A DNA stretch of 64,000 bases from Callorhinchus milii (Eukaryota). Below are positions 11,493 through 22,420 of the stretch, piece by piece. Below the pieces are notes generated by a model. The model did no database searches. It was not told the origin of the DNA and was given only the letters and a program-made list of their open reading frames with translations. The translations under genes were made by a program, and so were the position numbers. The stretch is taken from assembly GCF_018977255.1 (NCBI RefSeq), contig NW_024704743.1, positions 64,048,001-64,112,000 on the forward strand, given 5' to 3'. How positions within the stretch are numbered: the first letter of the stretch is position 1; each line of letters starts with the position of its first letter.

Positions 11493-13415
11493 TTGTCATT
11501 TTAATTACCTGAAGTCAGTTTAGTGTGATAGAAGTTGAAAATTTATACCCTTTATAAATTCTACATCATCTTCTAATCATTCATCCAGTCTTGTTTCTAT
11601 CAACACATATCAAACCCTCATCATATTAATATTTAACCTTTCACTTTAATATAAAGTAAAACAGTCTAATCCGGTTAGTAATGTAATTTATTGTATGCGC
11701 ACAAGTAACTTTAGTATCCTCCTGATCTCATAACACTTCTTTCAGACTATTTTGGCGATTCAAAAATGAAAAGCTTCACACATTTATTTAATAGAACAAA
11801 TGGATAATAACACTTGTATGGATTTCTACTTTATTTGTGAAAAAGACGTACAAGTGTCTCATTTTAGCAACACGCATAATTCAGGTAGTTCTTCCTTATG
11901 AAATGAAAATCAATATCACATTTCCATCATCTGCTTTCCATTGAATAAAACATGAGGCAAAATCAAACCAAAGGAGCTGGAATCTAGTGGGTAATATACA
12001 TTACCTTAACCATTTAAGCCTCAAAAAATTTCCCCAAAATGTCTGTCCCTCCAAAAAAAAAAGTTGTCGGAAATAAACATTGTCATAAAATCACAAACTG
12101 GTTTGACTGCTTTTTCCTTGGATGATTGCTAAAAATTGGAAGTTAAACAATTAGTCCATGTTTCCTGAGCGTTAATTCAAATTGTCCTTCCCCATTGTAG
12201 CCTTGAGTCATTTCTGAGGGTGTTGAAGTCTGTCTGGCTACCATCCTCCTGGCTTTGCTTCTCGCTGCATTTCTCCAGTCTAGAGATCAAGACAACTTGA
12301 AGAGGATAAAATAAAACCATTAGGTCATAAGTTGTCTACAATGAAAGTGTATCCATCAGCAGAGGTGGAGAAAGAAATGGAACTTCATCATTCATCTAAT
12401 GTTTCCAATCAGTGTAAAGTTGCTGTCAACAGTTGTCAAATGCTGGATTGCAGTTTTGAACGATTTGAGTACAAGTCAAAATAAGGTATTTTAAGCTTGT
12501 ATAGGTTTTGATGAAGCCTAAGTTAACAAAAATATGACAATCCTTGCATTTGATATAGTATCATAATGAGGATGTTTCAAAGTGCTTCATGAGATTTACG
12601 GTTTATTTTAGTGACTGTATTTTAAATGTGAATACTCAGAATTTGGAAATGTGCTGACTTAGAAATTGTATGTGCTGTTTTTGTACATTCTACTTTCAAA
12701 GGACATTACACCTTTGAGATCATGTAAAGAAGAGCAACAGGGATGATTTGGGGACTAAGCTATGTGGAAAGACGAGCAAAACTGAATTTGTTCTAATTAG
12801 AAATAAATTGGAAGGAAAAGTAATTCAGAAGCAGAAGTATATAGATATAAAGAGATTGCTATATGACTTAAAATATAGACACAGAGAGCAGAACTAGTGA
12901 ACATAAAATTAAAATGAAAGGTGTCCAAGAGGGATTAGCGGTTTGAAATTTTTTTCTACTTAATATTTGAATTTGTGAAAAGACTTCCAATGATTAACTG
13001 TTTAGGATATAGAGGGAAATGCACTCAGATTAACAAATGCTCCATAAAATGTAGGGGAAAAGGGGTAATGTTCTTGGTGCAGAAAACAGACCAGGTTTGA
13101 ATAATGAAGCTGTGTGGATGGAGATTTGTTTTTCAGGGAAATAGAATAGCTCAGATAAAGTTAATGATAAGGTACGTTTTTTCCATCTCTGTGAAGGAGT
13201 AGCTGTTTCTCTTTCCATGCTTTCTATTTTTATACTGGTAGGCTTGATGAGTTTTACAGGNAAAAAAACTTTACAAAAAAATTGTATTTCCTCTCCCTCC
13301 TATTTTTCTCTTTATTTTTAAATTTATTTTGATTCTCCCTCGCCCCCAAATATTACTGTTTTTTTCTTTAGCTGTACTATTTTGTTTGTTTCCCTCTAGT
13401 TACTGATATCTAACT

Positions 13416-13502
13416 GAAGCCCTGTAGCTCAATGGTTAGAGCACTCACCTCGCAAGCGAGAGACGTGGGTTTGATTCCCAGGCAGGGCGAAACGTTAGGC
13501 AA
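13416..13502 (+). mobile_element. Isolated tRNA-Ala-like head of SINE family A
   Basis: GCCCTGTAGCTCAATGGTTAGAGCA (A box), CTCGCAA anticodon-like loop, GGTTTGATTCC (B box), then the SINE linker GGGCGAAACGTTAGGCAA. Body and tail are absent. Confidence 0.85.
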
Positions 13503-14519
13503 TCACTGCTATTTAATTGACAGTTATGGATTTAAATACTAGTTAGGAATAAACAATAAAAGAGCATAAACTGATAAGCGCTGAAATTAAAAAGAGTCTT
13601 ATGAAAGTGTACGAACAGATTTAAAGAAGATTGACTCGCCTGTAAAAATCTTGTGATTTCACGTGATGGTTCTTTAACCGGATTTCTGGTTTCGAATCTT
13701 GGACTGATTATTGAGTATCCAATCTACGTGTGCCAGTTTTCTGTAGAAAAAATCCTTCTTAAATCTGTGCATAGTTCAAAGCAGACATTGTTCCTGGCCC
13801 AGGTCTTTGAATCTGATCAAATGATCCTGAATAAATGAATCTTGAATGGTTGTGCCTGAGGATTTCTTCACTCTGATCAAAGAGATCAATGTTTGAATGT
13901 AGCTAAAAACAGTATGATTTAACTCAGTCGGTATTCTGTGAAGCAGTGCTCAAATGCTACCTCCAGGATTTGAAAACAAGTTCTGTCAGCTTTGCCAATA
14001 TCCAAGACACTACAGATTTTTGTTTAGTTTTCATACATGTGCAGAAGTTGATTAAAGGGATGTTTACTTCCATTGACAGTCTTGAAGATTAATTGGAAAT
14101 ATTTGGTTTTGTCACAGATTCAATATGATTATCACATTAAATCTGTTATGAAAGATTGCAAATACACCAAATTGTTCTTTATACTGTATTTCCTTTTCAT
14201 TACAGTGTTGGTGTTGATAGAAGCTGCAAATACAAATACAGTGCAGCATATGTAGATTGTGGACAATGATGCCTGAGGATGAGAGGTTGTTATCAGGGTT
14301 CAGGGTTCATCTGGAGACAGTAGTGCAGAGCTCTCCACCTGTGCAAGCCAGCAATAGGAACTTTACATTACTGTTCTATCTTTCCTCAATCAGTGATTGA
14401 GGACCAGAGCAAAAATGAAAGTCATCATTTGTGGCTGTACATACATGATCTTACATGTGTAAAATTGTTTGTTACAGCTGGTATCGTGGAATCTACCCAT
14501 CGAGTAAACAAAGATGAAT

Positions 14520-14790
14520 TATAATAATACTTATATTTAATATAGCACATTATCACATTGTTGAAAACCTCAAAGTACTTTACAGGATTCACTGTAACGT
14601 GTGGTGACTGCATTTCTAGGCGAACTTGGCAGCCAATTTGCACATAGCAGTGTTCCACACACAGTAATGTTCCATAATCAGCCATGAAGTAAATGACCAG
14701 TTTTTCCTGGGGGATTGTTGGTCAGAACGCCAGGAGAAATTCTCTTCAAATCCTTGCATGGGCTCTTCAACACCTAGATCCAACTTCAAA
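14520..14790 (-). mobile_element. DeuSINE (family B) 3' part
   Basis: (TAA)n tail, GGCAGCCAATTTGCACATAGCAG and GATTGTTGGTCAGAACGCCAGGAGAAA, matching other family B copies. Confidence 0.8.
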
Positions 14791-15085
14791 AGGTGCCAAA
14801 TTACAGTATCGGTGTCATATTTCAACATCTTTCTGGCCTTCTGCAGTAAATTGACAAGTAAGTTAATTATTGACATAATTTAATGATATTCATTGAGGCG
14901 AACTCAGAGCTGGGTTGAGATGAGCATATTTTGCTTTGAACTTCTACAACCATCAAAGAGGTTCTTTCATCCCATCATTAATGGAATTGAGCCCATATGA
15001 CAATATTTTAATCTGTTGTTAAGTCAAGATCCCATTGTGTTAAATATTGTATTTATTTGCTTTGTATAAACTAAGGTAGGTGTTA

Positions 15086-16054
15086 ACTTAGATCAGATAT
15101 GAATGCGTCCTTTGTTATTTGTGACACGGGATTGGGTTTACACGAGACAAACTAAGAAGCATGGTGTTTAAAAGCTAGGTGTTTAATAAGATGTTCACTT
15201 TTATGAACATACAGATACAGGGCGATCCCATTATAAAAGGATCTCCCATTATCTGATGTAGTTGTACTTCTGAATTAGGAGCCAACACAGTCAAGGAGCA
15301 TAGATTGTTTGAAACAAAATTCTGTGAGCAGTTTTACATTCAGTTGCCAATTTATGGCTGTGTCCAATATGTCAGTGGCCACGTTAAAAATGAAGTGCAA
15401 GTAAATGACCGACCTCTGAGTTGTCAGGTCATTGATGTTGTAAACTCTGCGCAGTTGCAATTGATTTCACATCCTGTGCATATATGCAAGAATCGCAGCT
15501 GATGTCACTTCCTTTGCGTAGTGATGTAGTGGTGTGTAACATGCAGGAAGTGGATTCAGCAGCGATGTGTGCAGTCGAACGTGAACCATTTGTTACTTTG
15601 GGAAGCCAGCTAGTCAATGCTGGAAGCCTGTTAGCATGGATCTACAGGAGACTCAACAATGCTCAACATATTTACACATTGTATCCTGGGCGGATATAGT
15701 GTGTAAATAACATAGAATGCACTGCATGGAATATACGGAAACAGGCCATTTGGCCCAAATAGTCCATCTTTTTATTATTTTATAATAAATAATATCTTGG
15801 CATAAATTGACACCTGACCGTAAAACCGCTCAATTTTGTTTAGAACAATATATGCTTCTTTATTCCTAATTGAATCAAACTGTAGAACTATGACAGATTA
15901 TGGGAGCTGCTTCTATGCGTTTAGTTGTTGACTTGAAATGTGTTGACATGCCATGGGTGAAGTAGTTTCTAAATCTCATGCTTCTTAGTTTGTCTCTTCT
16001 GAGAACCCAATCATGTCACAAATAACAAAGGACCCATTCATTTCTGATCTGAGT
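15086..16054. mobile_element. Element bounded by ~90-bp imperfect inverted repeats (MITE-like DNA transposon fossil)
   Basis: 15086-15177 (ACTTAGATCAGATATGAATGCGTCCTTTGTTATTTGTGACA..GAGACAAACTAAGAAGCATG) is the approximate reverse complement of 15963-16054. Confidence 0.7.
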
Positions 16055-16605
16055 AGGTATTTGAATACACGCAGAGGGCACCATGAATAATGAAAAAATG
16101 CTTGGCGGGCGGATAAAGTAACAGTTCCGAACATCTGCTCGGTTCTTCAGTACAACAGCAATTGTATTGTTGTTGTTTACTGTTATGAAGATAATCTTAC
16201 AAAACTAATAATACTACTACTGTAGATGCATAATCATGACAAAAATCATTTGTCCATGCTGCTGAATTTATAGTATAGAATTTATGTAAATTTAGCGTGT
16301 CCAATTATTTTTCTAATCTCCCCATATGGCATATGACTCTATGCTTCTAAGCCCCAGCCTCCTCTTTCTGGGGTGTGGTTCCAAAGGGTGCACATAATAT
16401 TCATGTGTGAACCTGTGCAGTGAATGTAGCAGCCCACTCTGCAGTAGAGGGTGTCAGGATTGAACCTGGGCCTCTCTCCCCGCTGCACACATACACATAA
16501 CAAGAAGAGGGTGCTATAGAGGGACCATGACTGGATCAGCTGCATTTTCAATACCACTATGATTGGGCATCAGAAATCTTAAATACACTCTTCCGAATAT
16601 TTGCT

Positions 16606-18432
16606 ACAACAACAACTTGCATTTATATAGCACCTTCCACGCCGTGTGGCGTCCCAGGGCGCAAAACAATCGTGGAGCCTAATGCCAGGTCCGGGGCAAG
16701 GGGAAGGTGACCATAGCCACGGTCGAAGAGGAAGGTCTTCAGGCGCAACCTGAAAATGGAGAAAGAGGGGGCAAGGCGAATGGATTGATGGAGGTAGTTC
16801 CATAGTTTTGAGGCGTAGTGGCTGAAGGCACAGCCGCCGATGGTGGAACGGAAGATATGAGGGACAAGGAGGAGGCAGGAGCTAATAGAGCGGAGGCAGT
16901 GTGTAATGCTGTGAGAAGAGAGGAGGTTAGAGAGATAGGGGGCTGCCAAGACGTGGAGGGATTTAAACACTAGAGTGAGGATCTTGAAGTTGATCTGCTC
17001 TGTGACAGGGAGCCAGTGGAGTTTGGCAAGGACTGGGGTAATCGGGATGCGGAGTTTAGTGTGGGTGAGAATGCAGCCGGCGGAGTTTTGGATGAGATGA
17101 ATTTTGTGAATAGTGGAGGAGGGAGACCGGCGAGGAATAGTCCAGCCGAGGGGTGATGAAGACGTGGACAAGGGTTTTGGCAGTTTGTGGAGTGAGGTAT
17201 TGTTGGAGACGGGCAATGTGGCAGAGGTGGAGGAAAGCGGTCCTGGTCAGGGACCGGATGTGGGGGAGGAAGGATAACTGGGCATCAAACCTAAGTTGCG
17301 CACGGATTCAGAGAGTTTTAGGACAGATCGGGTAGGTTGATCAGGTCTGAACCGTAGGACAGAAGACATCGATGGGAGCCAAAGAATATGGCTCCCATCT
17401 TATTGACGTTTAACTGCAAGAAATTTGCGCTCATCCAGGCCTTGATGTCTGTCAGACAAGCTGACAGAACATCAGAGGACTTTGGGTCATAGCTGGAGGA
17501 GAAGTAGAGTTGAGTGTCATCTGCACACATGTGGAAGTTAACCCTGTGTCTGTGGATGCAATCACCAAGAGGGAGCATATAGATGAGGAAGAGAAGGGGT
17601 ACTCCACAGGTGACTGGCAAGGACGAGAAGAAAAAACATTTGTGGAAATGTAGCGCTGGCGGTTTGTAAGGTAGGACTTGAACCAAACGAGTGCAATCCT
17701 ACTGAGGTGGATAATGGAGGACAGGCAGTGGAGGAGGATGGCACACTTGACTGTGTCAAAAGTGGTGGAGATGTCCAGGAGGCCGAAGAGGCAGAGGGAG
17801 CCCTGGTTATAGATACAGAGGAAATTGTTTGTGACTTTCATGAGCGCTGCTTCTGTATTGTGAGCAGGGCGGAAACTGGACTGGAAGGGTTCGATTAGGG
17901 AGTGGCGGGAGAAGTGTGCACGAAGTTGGTTGGCAACAATGCGTTCCAGAGCTTTGGCCAAGAAGGGCAGGTTTGAGATATGGTGGTAGTGCACAAGGTT
18001 GGAGGGATCAAGGGTAGGTTTTTTAAGGAGGTGGGTAGGACTGATCCTGAGGAGAGGGATTCATTAATGGTGTCTGCCAGCAGTGGGCAGGGGAGCGGGA
18101 GCTGGATGATCAGCAGCTGGGTGGGGAGGGGTTCAAGGCAGCATATGGCGATGGAGGATGACAGGGAGGAAAGAGAGAGGGAGGCAAAGGAATGTAGGAT
18201 GGGGGCCGTAATAGGAGCTGAGAGGTGAGTGGGTGAAGGAGATGGAATAGGGTTGGTAGGGACATGGGGCAGAAGGATGAGGCTGCCAAGTGGATGTTTT
18301 CTATTTTAGAGGTAAGGAAATCCATGATCTCTTCACGAGGCGTTTGATGTAATGATTGAAGGGGTGCACAGAGGAGGTGGTGGGTGGTGGAGAATAGGAT
18401 TTCAGAGTTATTTTTGGCCTCCAGAATAATCT
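16606..18432 (-). mobile_element. L2 LINE, ~1.8 kb 5'-truncated copy with decayed RT
   Basis: ORF 17452-17994 has ISNLPFLAKALERIVANQL..QSSFRPAHNTEAAL..LLDISTTFDTV. ORF 17318-17686 has CADDTQLY. ORF 16623-17216 has LHWLPVTEQINFKIL. Ends in a (CAA)n tail. Confidence 0.95.
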
Positions 18433-19068
18433 TTGCTACTGTTATTGTTGGGGTCAGTTTAGTAGTCCTAGCACCACCTGGTCTGTAGCGCTTCCATAAT
18501 TTTATTGGCTTCACTAATCTCTTTCTGTAAAGAGCTTTGAGATTTTCTCTTACACGAAGGACACAATATAAATGCAGGCTGTTGCTAACATAATTCATGA
18601 CTCAATAAATTATACATCGTGTTTTGGTTCTGCCCACCCTCACAACCTCACAATGTTGATGCTACGATTTTGTTCGCCCTTGAATAAACTAAAGCAAGCA
18701 ATGGTTATATTTTCTATAAGAATGTCTCTGTATTTGTATTTCAAATTAGAACCTTTTGTTGGTTGGAGACAATTTCCAGATTTCCTATAAAATTCAAGGT
18801 TAACGCAGTTTCATTTTGAAACAACTTAAACCTGGACTGATGCAAAAAAGACCATTTCTTTACCTTATTGATTCTTTAAAATTCTACATGTGGAATATCA
18901 TAAATTAATTAAATTAATTTAATTACATTGTTCATACTGTAATCACGTTGTGAAGCAGCAAAATTCAGAACTGCTTCCTTCACATTTGTTAGAGATAGAA
19001 CAGCAGCAGCCATAACATTATGAAATCTCTGAAGAATTGTGATTCAAATCTCTTTTATTTTGAAGTTA

Positions 19069-19561
19069 TTCAATATCCTGGTCCTCACCTACAAAGCCTT
19101 CCATGGCCTCCTAACCCTGGAGCTGTAAACAAACGACAAGTGACATCAGTGTGACGTCATACTTAACCAGGGAAAACATAGAACTAACAAAAACACTAAC
19201 AAAAAAAAAGAAAAACTAACGAAAGAACTTTAAAAAAAAGAAAAGAATTTTTTTTACATCTTTTAAAAAAACTTAATTTTTTTTTCAAAATCCCTAAAAT
19301 ACAGAGTGAAAGTGAGAGAGAAGAGAATGGCATGGCAGGTGATGTGCGAGGACTGCATCCCCCAATCACTCCGTCTCGCCCCCTCCTTAGCCTCCTTCAA
19401 GTCCTGCCTCAAAACCCTCCTCTTCGACAATGCCATCGGTCACCCCCCTTCCCCTCCCCTCCCTTCTCCCTCCCTGACCCCACCTTGGGTCTGAAATGAT
19501 GCCTTGGGACGTCCTCCCGACGTGAAAGGCGCCATACAAATGTAATCGTTGTTGTTGTTGA
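19069..19561 (+). mobile_element. L2 3' fragment interrupted by a CR1-like 5' segment
   Basis: L2 ILVLTYKAFHGL at 19069-19110, L2 resumes at 19356 (IPQSLRLAPSLASFKSCLKTLLF) and ends in the stem-loop tail with (GTT)n. Confidence 0.85.
19118..19357 (+). mobile_element. CR1-like 5' UTR and ORF1 start
   Basis: TGACATCA and TGACGTCA motifs, an A-rich leader, then ATG at 19327 reading MAWQVMCEDC, resembling the CxxC N-terminus of CR1 ORF1. Confidence 0.6.
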
Positions 19562-19619
19562 TGTTGTTTTAGGCTAACAGCTTTTAAACAGTTGGCTTAT
19601 TTCATGATGGATTTGAAAT

Positions 19620-20540
19620 ATGCAGAGTTCCCAAGGGACCATCAATTCAATGGTTAGAAGTTATTTTTATTGTTCAAATGCTTTAAGATTTTAATCTTCA
19701 TTTTCCCCGATCAGGAAATACTCCCTGGTGTTCATACTGATATTGCTCTTGTCAACCCTGAACCAGTGCCTTTTGGTACTGATGCCTTGACACATCTGAA
19801 AGCATTTGAGTTTTTTTCAATGCTGGAAAAATGCTGGATATGGATTTTAAACGTGCGAGTGAGTATTTAGAATTTTACCCATTCGTATCCATGCTCATTG
19901 CTTAAATAAGCATGGATACGAATGGGTAAAATTCCAAATGCTTATTGCTTAAATAAGCATGGTTCCGATACATTGGAAATGTTTAGGCAGTTTTGTGCTG
20001 TGGACCACCTTCTTTCAGCACCTTTGGAGGTTTTGATGAAAAGGCCCTTTGACCAATTTGACATGATAAATTCCATTCCCTTTCTATTACTGCATGAAAC
20101 TGTTTTTAAATGAGTCCAGCATCCCCTCAACCATCCTTCCTGTTAACCTGGTCTAAACATTAATCATCCTCTGTGTAGAGAAATACTCCCGGGTGTTCAT
20201 ACCGATATTGCTCTTGTCAACCCTGAACCAGTACCCTCTGGTACTACTGCTTTGACAGATCTGAAATGTTTTGAGATTTTTGAATCCTGGTAAAAAATGT
20301 CATGATGCAATACGCATGTGTGCTGTATTATCTTCAGCTGCATTGGTCTGATATCTTGAACCCTCTTCCAATATTTCTTTGCTTTGCTTCCTCCCTTCTT
20401 CCCTATCTTTAAAATCCTTGAAAGATATATCTTTTTGACCCTACTTTTAATCAATATCACATGAAATCCCCTTTTTCCCTACTTATTGCTCACTATCATT
20501 TCTTTAAATGCTTCGAGAAGTCTATCCTTCTTGAAAGGCA
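19620..20540 (-). mobile_element. Old CR1 3'-end fossil with a duplicated ~120-bp segment
   Basis: Minus strand reads ..WKRVQ.. and STRGYWFRVDKSNIGMNTREYFSTQRMI (compare CR1 TRGH..K.FF.QRVV). 19715-19830 and 20180-20297 are direct copies. Confidence 0.6.
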
Positions 20541-20634
20541 ATCATTCTCGTTCAAGTTGTTACATGATAAAATAAATGTCCTACAACAACTAGAATAACA
20601 ACTTGAACTTATTTAGCGTCTTTCATGTTCAATT

Positions 20635-20979
20635 TAATCCTTGCATTTGATAACATCACGTCATTGAGACCTCCCAAAACGCTGCACAGAATATATTGCA
20701 AGGTGGATTGACTATGTATTTTGTTGGTGAAAAGCGGCAGCCAATTGCACAAAGCAGAGTCCCGCAAGCAGTTGCAGATTGAATGACCACATTTTTTCTT
20801 AGGGATTATTACCACTGGAAAGCGATCCGCTAATCGACTAACAATCATGTTCATACTTATTGCTAGGTAAACAAAGTATGTGGAATAAGGAAACTTGCCT
20901 AAAGTTTCGCCCCTCCTGGGAATCAAATCCAGATCCTCTTGCTTGCGAGGCGAGCACACTAATCACTATGCTACGGGAT
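20635..20979 (-). mobile_element. tRNA-Ala SINE family A, full length, diverged
   Basis: Head, GTTTACCTAGCAATAAG middle segment and tail are all present. Confidence 0.9.
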
Positions 20980-22084
20980 GTTGGGAGTAATGTCCATGTT
21001 GGGAGACTCAAAGCACTTCAACTTTTTACATTCAATGTTCTGATTTTGTAATATCCTGGGTTGTATAATACTTCTAAAAAAAAACATTTAGAGCATCTTT
21101 GAGTCTCCACATTTCTAGTTTGGTAGATTTTAAACTAGCAATGTTTTCATATGACAAAAGTCGAGACACCTACTGATTGAATAGAGTTATGGAGGTAAAT
21201 TGTGGCCAGAATAAAACTTTAGTTTTGAAAGAAAGATACTTTATGGTTCATCTACATATGAAAATGAAGTTTAAGTGAAAACGCAATATTAAGGAGAAAA
21301 GAAGCCACTGGACAAAGACATGCTAAGAATAGATTGTTCAGTATACTGTAAGTAATCAAATTTTCAGTCATGTGAGATGTTGCCGTAGTGACCTTCTTTG
21401 CCAAGTGGATTTTTTTCTTTCTGTTGTGTTATAGTTTTACTAAGCAAAACCTTTACAGACAGTTGATTCTTTGCAACAATTTTATACTCTTCTGAATATT
21501 GATTGACGGTTTAATAATGATCGCTTTTTTGGGGGCCAAGTAACATTTTCCTATTGCTTATACTGTGCCACTAATACATGGAGTTTGATTTCTTTAAAAC
21601 ATGTTCTTTTTTGTCTTATCCTCATTTCCATTTTCCACCCATTACTGCCCCCAGCACAATTAGTAATTTGCAAAGGTCAAGTGCCTCATTTCCATTCATT
21701 AAAGCAGTAAAATTGAATCATCTTACCTTCCCTTTTATTGGGTTGTAGAGAGTATATTTAAACCTAGAGGAGAAAACAGTGGGAATAATTATCTTGGAAT
21801 TGTTAACTATATGAAGTTACTCTTGCAGATCTGTTTAAAGTATGATAACGGTGATAAGCTAAGAGTTTTATCTCGTTGTCATTCAGAGGGCTTCCTCCCA
21901 TATTTTTAATTTGTTATATAGTAAATCTGACAAGCTGTCAAGTGTTCTTCCTAATGTGAAATTATGCAGTGATATGTTGCTTAATTTATATAGAATACAT
22001 TCCGGTGAAATTCCAAAACGCAGAATATTGTGTTAAAACAAGGAAAATTATTTGCATTTTTCCTCTGCCAAATTTGTCCTTCAA

Positions 22085-22420
22085 ATTTCTCCTCTTCTCC
22101 TCTCCTGAAATCATTTGATTCCTTTTTCCTTACAATCTGCTGGCTGCCCTTTGGTTTGTGAGCATTGACAGAAAGTACAAGCAGGCCATTTGACCTCAGT
22201 CAGCATCATAGCTGAGCTCAATCTTCTTCCTGCGTTGATTTGCTTCTACCCCCCTGCAGGAGTCTCTGCATAACATCAGAATTGGGAATGCTGGCTCTGT
22301 TTTTTCCCTTCCCATCTCTGGAGTGCCAAGGCCTATTGTAACATCTCAACTTCTATCCTGGCTGAGATGAGCTACAAACCTCCCAACTGCTGGCTGGTAT
22401 AGCGATGCTTTTACCCATCA
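22085..22420 (-). repeat. Ancient SINE-like dispersed repeat (family C)
   Basis: Similar to 35455-35620 and 16335-16480 (TGTGAG..GACAG..GCAGGC..ATTTGACC..CATCATAGCTGAGC). Confidence 0.5.

Noticed and set aside
13261..13261. Single N base
   Set aside because: An assembly ambiguity or gap; contiguity across it is uncertain but it is not a biological feature.
13416..13490. Possible tRNA-Ala gene
   Set aside because: It continues into the SINE-specific linker and matches the SINE heads, so it is not a genuine tRNA gene.
13615..13770. Short inverted match ACAGATTTAAAGAAGATT / AATCCTTCTTAAATCTGT
   Set aside because: Only ~18 bp, imperfect and AT-rich; insufficient for a MITE call.
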